This document shows positions 40,288-54,218 of a DNA stretch of 64,000 nt, piece after piece. The stretch comes from the human T2T-CHM13v2.0 reference genome, Homo sapiens, in assembly GCF_009914755.1 (NCBI RefSeq), contig NC_060946.1. The stretch is one strand, 5' to 3'. The notes below the pieces were generated by a model, which had not been told where the DNA came from, searched no databases, and was given only the letters and a program-made list of their open reading frames with translations. The position numbers and the translations under genes are program-made. Within the stretch, counting starts at the first letter, position 1. Each line of letters begins with the position of its first letter.

Positions 40288-40701
40288 GCCTCAAGTACAG
40301 CAAAGAAAAGTATCCACGACCCTTTGACTTCATGATTCTATCCCTAGGGTTATATCCCAAACATGTTCTTACTCAGCTCTGTGAGGGCACAAATATAGAG
40401 ACGTTCACCCCAGGGATATTTGGGGAGGGGGTAGATTAGAGACCCTGAGTGTTCATCTTTAGGAGACTGTATAGATGTTACTCCAGTGATGCTTCAGCTT
40501 CTAATTTTCTTTAATCAAACCACCAGGATTTGAATTTATGCTCTGTGACCTTGAGCAAATTACTTCTCTCTGAGCCCATTTCCTCATCTATAAATTGGAA
40601 ATTCTGAAAAAATTCTTCCTTGGAAGAATTGTGCTGAGACTTTAGTGTGACAGTATGCGCTAAACACCTGGCACATGGAGAAGCCCAGTAAATAATGGCC
40701 A

Positions 40702-41006
40702 GGAGCTGGGCGCGGTGGCTCATGCCTGTAATCCCAGCACTTTGAGAGGCTGAGGTGGGTGGATCACTTGAGATCAGGAGTTCGAGACCAGCCTGGCCAA
40801 CGTGGTGAAACCCCGTCTCTATTAAAAATTCAAAAATTAGCTGGGCGTGGTGGCAGGCGCCTGTAATCACAGCTACTCAGGAGGCTGAGGCAGGAGAATC
40901 GCTGGAACCTGGGAGGCAGAGGTTGCAGTGAGCAGAGATCACACCACTCCAGCCTGGGTGACAGACAAGACTCCATCTCAAAATAAATAAATAAATAAAT
41001 AAATAA
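40702..41006 (+). mobile_element. Alu (AluS-like) with (AAAT)n tail
   Basis: TSD taaataatggccaggag. Confidence 0.95.
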
Positions 41007-41171
41007 TGGCCAGGAGTGGTGGCATTTGAAGCTTGCAAAAGGAATTGCAAATTCATTATTGTCTTGAGTGTTCCCCATCACAGCCTGTGGCTGCAGCGGG
41101 GGAGTTTGCCCAATTTAACCTATGGCACGTGGCTTGGGAGACTTCACTTCGTGGCTGTGCCCCTCAACAAC

Positions 41172-41331
41172 TGGGTGTCCTTGTGTGAAATTGCTAACTT
41201 TTGTATTTTTTTGTAGAGATTAGGTCTTACTATGTGGCCTAGGATGGTCTTGAACTCCTGGGCTCAAGTGATCTTCCCGCCTTGGCCTCCCAAATTGTTG
41301 GGATTACAGGCGTGAGCCTCCATGCCTGGCC
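41172..41331 (-). mobile_element. Alu left arm
   Basis: Single arm. Confidence 0.85.
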
Positions 41332-41382
41332 AAACTCCAGAGTTCTTTATTTAATACACCTATAATGAGCCAGACATTAGTG

Positions 41383-42200
<818 letters not shown>

Positions 42201-42445
42201 TCAGAAAGGAGCCCTGCAGAATCACGTGGTTCACTGGAATAAAGAATTTAAGAGGCCTTAGGCAATGCTGTGGAACATCCTGGTGAACTGGCTGTTGGAG
42301 ACATTCTTTTGAAGATAGAATGTGTTGATATCCCAGAGTCTCATCCTGCTGGGGTCATTCCCAACAGCTGGGCTTGAGGATCTCACATAGGCCCCTCTCC
42401 TGGATCCTGGAATGTGCAGTTGGCATGTGCTCAGGAAACCTGTGA

Positions 42446-42809
<364 letters not shown>

Positions 42810-42843
42810 AGGAGTTTATCTTGTCCTGCTTCATGGACTGTAG

Positions 42844-43265
<422 letters not shown>

Positions 43266-43346
43266 TAACAATACAGAATAGTTAACAGCAAATCTCCATA
43301 TCTGGTAGAGTTAATGATCATAACTCTTAAGATCTTACATTTTGCT

Positions 43347-43352
43347 TTTATT
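43347..43352 (-). terminator. SF3A1: SF3A1 distal poly(A) signal AATAAA
   Basis: tttatt on + strand at the end of an AT-rich block, followed on the sense strand by U/GU-rich sequence. Confidence 0.75.
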
Positions 43353-44934
43353 TTTAAAAAGTAAACTTCTAAAAATCTTATACACTGGTATGTGTACCCA
43401 TGAGTAGAGCTATATTATGCTTTCTTGTCTAATTACAGGGATAAATGAAATATGATTGCTAATAGTACATGTATTTCCATTCAAGTATATATCCTAACAT
43501 AACCCAATATAACCATTTAATATATTCTCTAATACAATATTATTAATTTTAAAGTAAAATGGTTCTGATCATTACTGGCCTCCTCTAAGAGTACATGACA
43601 AGTACTTAAGTAGTGGGTAGAACTGAAAGTGAAATTCCTTAATGTCTACAATTCCTGGAGCCCTCTGCATGCAAGTCTTCAAAATTATGGTGACTTAAGT
43701 CCCACCCCACCTGTTTTCCCAGCAGTCCTGCAACAGGAGCACTTATTCCTATTTCATAGTGTGGTCTGGTGGAGCAGAGCAGTGTGGTCCCCAGGAAGGG
43801 ATGAGCTGCTTTGGCTTTCCAGAGCACTCACTGGCTACATGACCTTGGGTATTCCACCTCGTTTTAAAAATGGGGCAGATAATCCTCAGGAGATTGCAAG
43901 AAGAATCAGAAAAGCTGTGCAGAGCAGCTTTGTATTATAAACACTAGGACGCTACCTACATGCTGCAGGTCCTAAACTAGTGCAGTGCCAAGCAGCACAC
44001 TGGGCCTGTGGCCACTGATGTTCACAAGGCCTCATGGTCAATGGAGCTTCTGCATCTGAGCGAGCCAGTACAGATATTCATTCAGGAGCTCCAGGAAACT
44101 GGATTTGCTCTCTAGAGGGCAGCTCAAAGGGCCCATTCACTCACAATCCACCCAACGGCATTCCTGGCCTCCGGTCACAGCCTCAGCCACGGAAGTCCTG
44201 CAGGGTTTGCCAGTCTGTGGGGGTGAGTGCCCTAACACCATGAACTGCCCACTGCTCCCAGAAAGAAAGAAGAACTTGGAATATGAGACTCCCCAGGTCT
44301 CCTGACCCTCTTCCTTCTTGGAATGAGACCCAGGTAGTGCTCAGGGGATTTCTGGTGTTGGCCATGGACAAGCAACCAGTAGTGGGCTCACTTTAGGGAC
44401 GCAAACCACAAAGCCCACCTCAGGAAGCCAAATTTCAACTCTTGCCCCTGGGGCAAACTTCTAGCAACCAGGCCAGAGGCAAATGTCAGACAGGATAAGG
44501 GATGACATCCCATCAATCAAGTTGAAAATGGGAGGGACCCAGCAGTTTGTAATAAAGCCATAAAACTGGTACTGACTCTGGGTGAGAGGGAGAGGCAGGG
44601 TGGTGACTAGAGAGCTGGTTCTGTGACCTTGGGAAATGGTCTCACCCCTCTGAGCCCTGGAGATGACCTGATGGGGCAGCTAGGAGGTCCAAATGGAAGG
44701 ACTGCAAATAAAAGGCACTGGGAACTCTCAGGGGCCACACACATGTGAGATCTTCCCAATAAAATCAGCCTTAGCTTTAAAACCAGGAAATTGTTAGCAA
44801 CAGGCTCTCACCTTCCTCCAACACCCACAGCATTGCCTATCTCCCTGTGATAGCTTAATTCTAAAGATAACAGCCTGCCTTTACTCAGAAACCAGGACTG
44901 TGACGTGTTTTGCACACATTCTCTTTTCACTTTC

Positions 44935-45120
44935 ACAGTGTGTGACTATGGCATGCAACTTATGTTCTCTGTGCCTCAGTTTACTCAAGTGTTAAACAGG
45001 AATACTCACATGAGGATTACATGAGTTAAAATGGATAAAATGGATAAAAGTAGAGAGTAAATTATTTAAACTTTATCAAATCCTTGGTACATGACCTTAA
45101 TACAATTAAGTATTTGTTAA
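44935..45120 (+). mobile_element. MIR remnant within the SF3A1 3'UTR
   Basis: gtgtgactatggc...ctctgtgcctcagtttactc core. Confidence 0.6.
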
Positions 45121-45537
45121 ATACATACATTTTAAAGAAACGTCATCATATCCACACACCTATGAGGCACCTGCCCAGGACCACAGAGCCAATCAATCAG
45201 GTGATGAGTGATTCCAGGCCAGCAGGAAACCACCGCCCACTGACACAGGGACTGCACCATCCATCCTTGGTTTGCATGGTGCCTGCCATGCTTCCTGTAT
45301 TACTGTTAAATACATGGGGCAGGCCTTTGGAGGATCCCAATGTTTTAAAAGGGCAATACGAATATGATTCTAATACATAAAAAGTATGAGGGCAGCAAGA
45401 ATTTAGTTACAAAACCCAAAAATCCTCAAAGAGAAGCCACATAGCACTGTGCAGTGTTACCACTGCCTCGAGTCTGGACAGGGCACAGGTGACCGAGACA
45501 AGTCTTATTTAACTGATTTCACAAGAAGGGTCCGAGT

Positions 45538-45543
45538 TTTATT
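45538..45543 (-). terminator. SF3A1: SF3A1 proximal poly(A) signal AATAAA
   Basis: tttatt on + strand ~390 nt after the stop. Confidence 0.7.
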
Positions 45544-45932
45544 AGACAACCCATGTCAAGGTACAAAATGATTAATGACAATATCAGCCATATTCTATTA
45601 GCCAAGTGCCACCTGTCACTATGAAACTATCCTGTAGGACATCCCTGGGCTCTCAGTTGCTAATGGGCTGCTGAAGAAATGAATGTCCTCAAATCGAGAC
45701 CCTAACACAAAGAGATTCCAGAGAGTGGCTTAGAAAACCCAGCTACTCTTACCAATGTGGGGAAAGGGTCAGGGGAATGAACCTCTGCAGGACAATTTGA
45801 ATTCCCAAACTGAGTAAGAGCGAAACAAATATGCAGGCAAGGCAAAGCCTCAGGGGGGCTCCTGGGTCTGGGGCAGGGGGTGGGAGACAGGAGAGGCAAA
45901 ATGGCAGGGACTTGACAGCAGGTTCCTCTTGT

Positions 45933-46034
45933 CTACTTCTTCCTCCCGCCTCTCTCCTTGAGGGCCAGGTGGATGACTGCGCCATTGGCCATGTTGTAGT
46001 AAGCCAGTGAGTTGGAATCTTTGATGAAGATACC
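45933..46034 (-). CDS. SF3A1: SF3A1 exon 16 (end of ubiquitin-like domain, RGGRKK*)
   Basis: ttttccag|GGTATC; GIFIKDSNSLAYYNMANGAVIHLALKERGGRKK*; 102 nt. Confidence 0.96.
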   Translation of the reverse strand, partial: GIFIKDSNSLAYYNMANGAVIHLALKERGGRKK

Positions 46035-46805
46035 CTGGAAAACAGACAGCGTGCCTTAGCATGGGGCAACCCAGCCTTGGGGATACCGCTGCAACCTTAC
46101 AACTGTGCACTTGGTCTGTTTGCGCTCTGGACTTAGCAAATACAGGAGCTTGTGAGAAGGTAGGGTGTTGGGGACTGGAGGCCTCTCATTCCTCCCACTG
46201 TTTCCTTTCTTCCCACCAATTACGCTCCTCCCCTTTGTCAACATTTGACTCAAAAGCTCAACTCCCCAAAAAGTTGGCCCCTCACCAACTCCATGGAGCT
46301 CTGACTCTGAAATCACAAGACCTTTAGGGATCACTTAGCCCAACAGCCTCAATGGATAGAGATAACTGAGGCCCAGAGCAGGGATTTGTTCAAGTTCAGA
46401 GAAGAAGAACATTAATGCCTCCATGTGACCTGGCATCAGGCGGGGCTAGACTATCACCTCCAAGTCAGGCTGCCTGAGGTCATACTGGCAGGGATGGCCC
46501 AACCACTGGATCAGGAACCCACCAGAGCATGCCTAAGTCTTGTCACTAAATCTCTATGCCCAGTCATTGAGGCAAAGAATCTTACAGATCCCACACAAGA
46601 CTCTACTGTGACCCCACCAGAGCCTTGCATTGTTGGGCACACCTGCCCCAACACTCCCAGCCAGCATCATGACTTCTAGGATGGATTCAGATGGCCACAC
46701 CCAGATATCACTCCACTCCCCTTTTAGCTTCCATGACAGATTTAGCTTCTGTGAAAGCAGAGGTGTCAGGACCCAAGGGACAGGTCTGTGGACAAACTGA
46801 CTCAC

Positions 46806-46877
46806 CTCATACTGTAGCTTCTGTTTCCCTGCAGGCATGCCTGTGGCTTCATGAATCTTCACCTTAATGACAGAGAC
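46806..46877 (-). CDS. SF3A1: SF3A1 exon 15 (UBL domain)
   Basis: VSVIKVKIHEATGMPAGKQKLQYE; cag| and |gtgagt; 72 nt. Confidence 0.96.
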
Positions 46878-46990
46878 CTGTGGGATCAAGCAGCGGTCAT
46901 TCAACTCCTTGGTAAGGCCAGCTAGAGGAAGCTTTCCCCTGAATGCTTGGTTCCCATGCACCTGATGCCAGTTTCTGGCAGTACCCATAC

Positions 46991-47092
46991 CTGGTCCGTG
47001 AGTGGGAGGGTGAAGACCAGCACCTGCCCATTCAGTTTCCATTCCGTCTTATCCTGCATGTTGGGCACCTGGACTTTGATGGACACTGGACC
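46991..47092 (-). CDS. SF3A1: SF3A1 exon 14 (start of UBL domain)
   Basis: GPVSIKVQVPNMQDKTEWKLNGQVLVFTLPLTDQ; tag| and |gtatgg; 102 nt. Confidence 0.96.
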
Positions 47093-47575
47093 CTACAAAA
47101 CAGGAGGTGGTCATTATGCCTAGGGAGCTCGGAGCCAATCAAGAACTATGCTCTGCTATCCCTAGGCCTGTCCAGACAATGTCACCTGTGCATCTGGGCT
47201 CCTGGATTCTGGCCTGATTCACCACTGATAACCCCTTGTGAGGTTGTACAAGTCACCCCCCTTTGCAAGATTAGGTTTCTTTTCTTTAAAACAATCTCTA
47301 TCTTGTCTCTTGGTGAGTCTGGAGCTAAACTGAAGAACTTTAGTGAAAATACTCTGCACACCCCAAGGGAAAAGAATATGACCTGCAGGGTCGGAAGACC
47401 TGGATTCCCAACTCAGCTTCCCAGCTAACAAGGTTTGTCTGAGCCTCAATGTCATTATCCACCAGACAGGGTTCATGACTGTTTTGAGTATTGAGGGGAA
47501 GTGTCTGTAAAGTGCTTAGCTCTATCCTGGTACTTAAGCGTTTAAGAAATGGGAACTATTATTAAAAAACAAACA

Positions 47576-47805
47576 GAGCGGGTGCGGTGGCTCACACCTG
47601 TAATCCCAGCACTTTGGGAGGCCAGCGTGGTGGATCACTTACGGCCAGGAGTTCAAGACAAGCCTGGCCAACGTGGCGAAACCCCATCTCTACTAAAATA
47701 CTAAAAATACAAAAATTAGCTGGGTGTGTGGTGCACACCTGTAATCCCAGCTACTCCGGAGGTTGAGGCATAACAATCACTTGAACCCGGGAGGCAGAGG
47801 TTGCA
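47576..47805 (+). mobile_element. Alu, 3'-truncated in the right arm
   Basis: Stops at ggaggcagaggttgc; flanked by aaaaacaaa on both sides. Confidence 0.9.
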
Positions 47806-48123
47806 AAAACAAAACGAAACAATTTGGTCAAATACATTGGGGGAGCAGAGGCCGGGGCTGTTTCTGTCTCCTTACTGCAGCCTGACAGCTTCCCTAGTGA
47901 TTAGCAGTGACAAGGTCCCCACCTCCCCTTATTCCAGGACCCCAACAGGATCCCACCCAACAGGCAGACCTCCTAAGGGCTAGAGCTGGGGAGGAAGGCC
48001 ACAGTAAATTTTAAAACACCACACACAATTTCCTCCAGGTGTCTAGGGTCCCTCTCACACGTGAGTTGTGCTGCCCGTGCTGCTGGGTCTCCCTGTTGGC
48101 CTCTGTAAGTCTACACCAGAGGG

Positions 48124-48172
48124 ACCACCACAGTCACCACCTCTGCCACCACTACCATCACCATCACCACCA
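48124..48172. repeat. Degenerate (CAC)n low-complexity tract
   Basis: accaccacagtcaccacc...accatcaccatcaccacca. Confidence 0.75.
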
Positions 48173-48364
48173 ATGCTCTCTGCTCCTCCAATTGTTGGCC
48201 CCACATTCACTGTGTGCTCAGAAGCCCTTAGATGCCTCCAACAGCTGACCTAGGCCCCAGAAGCCAAGACTGGGAGTGAAATAGGGTCAGTTTCGCAAGT
48301 GTACGACAGGGGCGGGACTGAACCCTCCAGCTAGAAACTTCAGCAGCATTCTGGGATTACATAC

Positions 48365-48519
48365 CTTGTTTCTGCGCAGGAACTCCTCCTCTGGCATGAG
48401 GCTGTCCTCTGTCTTCAGTTTTTTGGAGGTGGGCTCATCTTCCATGGGAGGTGGGGGATGCACAGGGGGCATTGGGGCTGGAGCTGGGACAGGTGCCACA
48501 GGTGGAGCAGGCACAAAGG
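48365..48519 (-). CDS. SF3A1: SF3A1 exon 13
   Basis: (A)FVPAPPVAP...EDEPTSKKLKTEDSLMPEEEFLRRNK; |gtatgt; 155 nt. Confidence 0.96.
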
Positions 48520-49028
48520 CTGCAAAGACAAGAATAAGCAGCCCCATGAGAGGGCAGAAGGGGCCCAGGACTCAGGGCTGATGAGAAGTTGAGAGGGAAG
48601 GTTGCAAAGGTTTCCTCTAGTCAGAGGTGTCAAGTGCTGTTCCCTGCTAAGTCTGGCAGCCAGCAGGTTCCCTGGCAAGGGGACCTGGGAGGCTGCCCAG
48701 ATTGGACAGCAGAGGACTGCAGGAGGGGCAGGACTGATGGATGGAGCTAGTGCCAAGCAACAAGCATTTCTCAGGCCTCTGAGCCTGTTGGGGACCTGAT
48801 CCCTGAATGCACAGACACTGGCTACACCATTTCAGCCTCTCATTTCTACCAGGAACGGTGGCTCCCAGCTCTAGGGTTGCGGATCTTTCAATGGGAAGCC
48901 AGGGCTCTCCTCTGGGCTGGATACCCTGCTGGAACAGCTGGCACTAGCATCAGCCACTGCTCTGCTGACAGTACTTGGCCCGTGGTCCCTGAACTAATGG
49001 CCTGGAAAATGATGCAAGAGATACTGAC

Positions 49029-49236
49029 CTGTTGGCACAATCATGGGGGGTGGGCGGGGGGCCATAATAGGAGGGGCCGAGGGAGGCATGGGCACCACGT
49101 TGATTCTGGGCGCGTGGATGATGGGCGGCATGGGGGCGATCACTGAGCCTGGGGGCAGCCGGACCACAGATGCCATTGGGGGCCGGGGCATGACGGGTAC
49201 TGCGGAGACAACTGTAGTACGAACTGGAGGTGGCAT
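49029..49236 (-). CDS. SF3A1: SF3A1 exon 12 (Pro-rich)
   Basis: MPPPVRTTVV...RPPPMIVPT(A); |gtcagt; 208 nt. Confidence 0.96.
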
Positions 49237-49516
49237 CTGTGCAGGAAAGAGACCCACAGATTAAAGGAAGCCAAAGTTGGACTCCAAGGTCACACACAGT
49301 TGGCAACTGGCTGCCTGCAGCTCTGAGGATGGAGGTTAGACAACTACGTCCTGGCCCCCTGGGACTGAGAAACTGTGGCCTACACTGGGCGTCCAATAGG
49401 AACTGAGCTGCTGAGAGCCCGAGGATGACACTCTCTCTACTTGGGACTTGGCGGGTCAAACTCGACCTGCTACTTTGGCAAACACTGAAAGAGTCACTAA
49501 AGAGGCTGAGACCTTG

Positions 49517-49813
<297 letters not shown>

Positions 49814-50127
49814 GAGGCCGAGACCTCGACTAAGTCTCTCCTGGAGACAAGCCAACAGTCCTCAAAGACCCAATAAGCCCTGCAGCCCTTCTCTGACGCC
49901 AACTGGTTTCTCATATTTGCCACTTACCTCCCTCCCTGTTCCAACCCTCCTCCACAAACAGATCAAGAGAGAGGTTCCCACTTGCATTTAAAGGGCTCTT
50001 TCTCTTTCAAACTGACCCACCCAACACTCAGGCCCCACTAAAAGGCAGCTGCACTTCTCAGCCAACAGTGTCCGACCTCAAGAATGAAGCTCTAAAAAAG
50101 TCAGTTCCAGGGTAGATGCTGGCTTAC

Positions 50128-50373
50128 TGTGGGTGGTCGGGGCACTGAAGTGATGGGTGGAGCCGAGCTGGGGATGTTGGTGGCTGAAGATGGTGGCGGT
50201 GGCTGTTGAGGGATTTCATTGGGCTTGCTGGGGCCAATCTTCTCTTTAGTGTCATCCTCTGGCACCAGGCCTTTGGCCTTGTGAATGGCCTCAATCTGCT
50301 CCTGGAGGGTGATGTTGGCCTGGGCAGCCTGCTGGGTCCGGGCCATGCTGCCTGAGTGGCCATCCCAGGTCAC
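50128..50373 (-). CDS. SF3A1: SF3A1 exon 11
   Basis: VTWDGHSGSMARTQQ...SVPRPPT; |gtaagc; 246 nt. Confidence 0.96.
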
Positions 50374-50468
50374 CTGCAAGTGAAAGCAAAGCCACAATGC
50401 TTCTGGAACTAAGACCAAGTATGGAAGACGGGGGGCAGAGAAGGCACTAGGTTCCACTTTAGCCGCAC

Positions 50469-50590
50469 CTTTTCCTCTGGCTTCTGGATCTCCTCCTCAC
50501 CGATCTTCTTACCAATGGCTGTTTCCTCTACACCGAAGATGTCAGTACGCCGCTCAGCCAACTGCTTCAAGCTGCTCTCAATATCCAGAC
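50469..50590 (-). CDS. SF3A1: SF3A1 exon 10
   Basis: (G)LDIESSLKQLAERRTDIFGVEETAIGKKIGEEEIQKPEEK; |gtgcgg; 122 nt; read by hand. Confidence 0.95.
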
Positions 50591-50809
50591 CTGTACAGTC
50601 ACAAAACAGAGGCAGAGGATAGAAAGAGAAAATAAACCAGGTGTCCTGACAAGAGAGCAGCTTTTCTGGTGTGCAGGGAGGAGGCTGGTTCCATGGGATG
50701 AGGGTGACTCAGGGCCCCAACTCTTGTCCTCTGGGCTCGGGGAAAGCTGCCCGATCTAAGCCTATAAACCCAGTGCTTGGGCAACCCCTCTGACTTAGAA
50801 AAGAACGGT

Positions 50810-51120
50810 AGGCCAGGCACAGTGGCTCATGCTTGTAATCCCAGCACTTTGGGGGGCCAAGGCAGGAGGATCACATCTGAGGTCAGGAGTTCGAGACCAG
50901 CATGGCCAACATAGCGAAACCCCGTCTCTACTGAAAATACAAAAATTAGCCGGGTGTGGTGGTGCGTGCCTGTAATCCCAGCTACTTGGGAGGCTGAGGC
51001 AGAAGAACTGCTTGAACGTGAGAGGCGGAAGTTGCAGTAGCCAACATGGAGCCACTGCACTCCAGCCTGGGAGACAGAGTGAAACTCCGTCATTCATAAA
51101 TAAAACACATAAATAAATAA
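50810..51120 (+). mobile_element. Alu (AluS-like)
   Basis: Both arms, AT-rich tail. Confidence 0.93.
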
Positions 51121-51534
51121 GATGGTGAGTTAGAGAGGGCAACTGTGTGGAAAGGGCCACATGGTGTAAGTGGCAGAGTCAAAACTAGAAGCCCAGTCTC
51201 CCACCTGTGGCACAGTTCCTGCCCCATTCCAAAGAGCTCATGGTACTCCAGCCATCAGTGCTCTCCTTCTAAACAGCCACAGGAAGCCCTTCCAGCTAAA
51301 GCCAGAGCTTGCTCTGGGATGTCAACAGGCACATGGCATCTCCTTCAGTGTCTGCCTTTGGGGAATTTCTATGGGGAGTTCTTCTGGAAAGTGGGGAGTT
51401 CTCTTGCAATATCATAGAGTGCAACTCTCCTCAAAAGCTTTTGTTGACCTCAATTGTTGCTTTCTATGTTTGCTTAGAAGAAGATGGCTGTAATTCGGAG
51501 ACTACCATGGGCTCTCCTGGAACCCCCACCTCAC

Positions 51535-51720
51535 CTGGTGCGTACACCTCATCATCGCTCTGCTTCTCACGGATGGAGCGATCCCGCTGCTCCAGCCAGC
51601 GAGGGTCAAGAAGTCCAATGCGCATGTGTTCCTGCATTTTGCTGGCGGGGATCTTCTCCCCAGTAATGGGGGACACAAGATACTCATCTGGAGCAGGGGC
51701 TGGAGGCAAGGGCTTGGAGG
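51535..51720 (-). CDS. SF3A1: SF3A1 exon 9
   Basis: (A)SKPLPPAPAPDEYLVSPITGEKIP...DDEVYAP(G); |gtgagg; 186 nt. Confidence 0.96.
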
Positions 51721-52033
51721 CTAAAAGGAAACAGATGTTTCAGTAAGAACACTGGTGGGCAGCCACCTGAGTTAAGAGGGTGGTATTTCATGCGTGCATC
51801 ATTCATCAAGGCATCTATTCAGTGCCACTCTTGTACCTGGCACTGTGAAAGGCACTAGGGCACCAGAGATGACTGGGCCCTGTTCCCACCATGAAACCTG
51901 TAACAGACGGGCTTGCAATGCTTTTACAATAAGCTGCACCTCAAGCCCTCCTAGAAAGACGGGTGTGAGGAACACATGAGGGCACACAGGACTTCCTGGG
52001 CAGCCCGAGGGTTGGGAAGCAGGCCCTCCCTAC

Positions 52034-52151
52034 CTTTGGGATCATAATCCTTGCGGACAATGACTTGGTCTGGAGTTGGGGGCAGAGGTGGAGGCATGGG
52101 TGTCTCTGGGGGTGGGGGCACTTTCTGCCCTTCTTCTTCATCATCTGAACC
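52034..52151 (-). CDS. SF3A1: SF3A1 exon 8
   Basis: GSDDEEEGQKVPPPPETP...RKDYDPK(A); ttttcag| and |gtaggg; 118 nt. Confidence 0.96.
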
Positions 52152-53030
52152 CTGAAAAGCAAAGCAATGGCAGGACTCAGAGAGAGGCTGAGGCCACCTC
52201 CCTGTAGCTGAGCCTGGCAGGTCTCTGGGTGGCAAGGAGCCTTGGCCTCTGCCAGCCAGCATCCATGTGCTAAGCCTCCCAGGGCAGCTGAGGCCAGCCG
52301 GCAGCAGGCCAAGCTGCTTCCTCACAGCATGAATGGGAGTGCTGAGGCCACGGTCCTAGCACTCCTCCCAGGCATTTCCAGCAGCTGGCACCAGGCAGTC
52401 CCAAGAGGCCAAGGGCACTTAACATGCCGGGGGGGGACAGTGCCAAGGGGGCGAGGGGTGGGGGCGGCGAGTCGCCAATCAATGGTAGCTGCTCACACAG
52501 CAATGCTGGGAGGGAGAGAAAAAGTCATTTCCCACAGACAGGGGCCCTTTCTTCTCAGGCTGTGCACAAATTATTTCCGAGTGGGGGAGAACAGTCTGGT
52601 TCTGGAGACTCCATGCCTGCTTAGAGGGCCTGGCTTGAAGGGGGTAGGGATGCCTGAAAGGAAGCGTGGGCTACATTTAGAAAAGCTCTGGGAGCTTGGA
52701 GCCCAGCTGAGAGCTCAAAACAGAACAGGGTAATGCAGTGAGTTCCCTGAGGGCTGGCACGAGGCAGTGAGAGCAGGCTGTCCGGGCCAGGGAGGCGGCC
52801 ACAGAACAGGTCAGCACAGCTTTTAGATCCTTGCCTATGAATGAATCTTTGTTGCCGGAGCTGGAAAGAGGCTCTGTGCTGCCTGGACTTGGGCAGCTGT
52901 ATGGCCTTGTTCAGGACCCACGCCTCCTTTCAAGGCTCACAGGGGAGCTGGATCTGACTGGTGGAGAGCACTTCGACCTCCTGGGGCTTCAGGGGAAAAG
53001 GTCATCCTGCAGGCCTGCCCAGCAGCTTAC

Positions 53031-53224
53031 CTCATCCATATCTTGTACTTGGGTGTCCTGGTCCAGCTGGGAAGGAGGCTCCTCCGCCTTCTCCTGTTTG
53101 TCATCCTCCTCATCAGACTCGACCTCCATCTCAACTTCCTCACTCTCCCCAAACTTTTCATAGCGCTCCTGAATGAGGATTCGGGCCCCCAGCTCCTCTG
53201 GCGTGGTGGGGGGAGGGAAGTTCC
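53031..53224 (-). CDS. SF3A1: SF3A1 exon 7 (acidic region)
   Basis: (G)NFPPPTTPEELGARIL...QVQDMDE; |gtaagc; 194 nt. Confidence 0.96.
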
Positions 53225-53538
53225 CTAGAGGGTGAGCCAGAGGCAAAGGTATTCCTTATCAAAGACCCACCTATTTGCCCTGTCTGAGCTCCCCAAGGGC
53301 TGGGGCCATGTCTGTTTTCTCTCCAGCTATCTCCAGAGGCCCATCTAGGGTCTGGCAAGTACGTATTGAATCTAAGTTGGGCAAAGTGGTAGAACTGAAG
53401 TCTTTTGGGAGCAGGGAGGAGACAGCACTGATAAAGCCCTCTGAGAGATTCTACTGCTCTCTGGGAACACCTGCACCAGGTTTCCCGGGAAGTCTGAGTT
53501 CCTGGCTCCCTATCTGGAGTCACTCCTCACAGACCTAC

Positions 53539-53689
53539 CTTGCTCATTGGGTTGGAAGTCCACTGTTTCCACCACCACAAAATCATGCCAGTCGATCTGA
53601 GCATAGGCCACCCGCTCCTTCTCCTTCTCCTCTTCTTCCTTCTTCCTCTCACGTTCCTGGAATTTGGCCCATTCCACTCGGTAACACAC
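53539..53689 (-). CDS. SF3A1: SF3A1 exon 6 (PRP21-like region)
   Basis: VCYRVEWAKFQERERKKEEEEKEKERVAYAQIDWHDFVVVETVDFQPNEQ(G); |gtaggt; 151 nt. Confidence 0.96.
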
Positions 53690-54143
53690 CTGCAGAGATG
53701 GGAAACAGCTTGGTGCTACGCTGAAGCAGGGTCTGCTCCTGATGAGGCTACCACCTCCAGGGCTTTCATCAAAGTCAGCGCCTCCTTCGGAACAGAATGG
53801 AAGTATGGTTCCAAACTATGGCATTTGCACCTGGTTCCACCCAGGTGCAGAGTTGGGACAGAATGAAAATTCCACCCTCTGATCTGCTTGGGAGCTGGCC
53901 TTCTGTCTTCTAGCTAGAGTGGAAAAGAGGGAGATACATTGAGGCTGAGAGCAAAGCAGAAAGTTGTGGTATGTTGGGAAGCATCCGGACTCCAGGTTTC
54001 TTTGGCCTTTGTAGCCAACAAAGCCTTTTCTCCCACCATTCCCATGACTGGAACATAACAAGGTCCTGCCTCAGAGACTGTTTTCAAACATAAAACAGAA
54101 CCAACCACCAGTAACTGGTTGCAAGAAATGCTATTCAGTTTAC

Positions 54144-54218
54144 CTGATCCAAAACTTCTCGGGGGTTTTCAGCCTCTTTCTTGAGCTTTGAAAATAAACC
54201 TTTGGGTGGAATCAAGAT
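54144..54218 (-). CDS. SF3A1: SF3A1 exon 5
   Basis: ILIPPKGLFSKLKKEAENPREVLDQ; tttcag| and |gtaaac; 75 nt. Confidence 0.95.

Larger units (their letters stand above)
43327..45932 (-). other. SF3A1: SF3A1 long 3'UTR (~2.6 kb; 3' end approximate)
   Basis: Alu-free stretch from the TAG stop to the distal AATAAA. Confidence 0.7.

Noticed and set aside
48039-48248. His-rich + strand ORF (HHHHH)
   Set aside because: Comes from a degenerate (CAC)n intronic tract; not a tag or a gene
49009-49018. ATF4/CARE-like ATGATGCAAG
   Set aside because: Single hit in an SF3A1 intron ~48 kb from the CASTOR1 promoter; expected by chance
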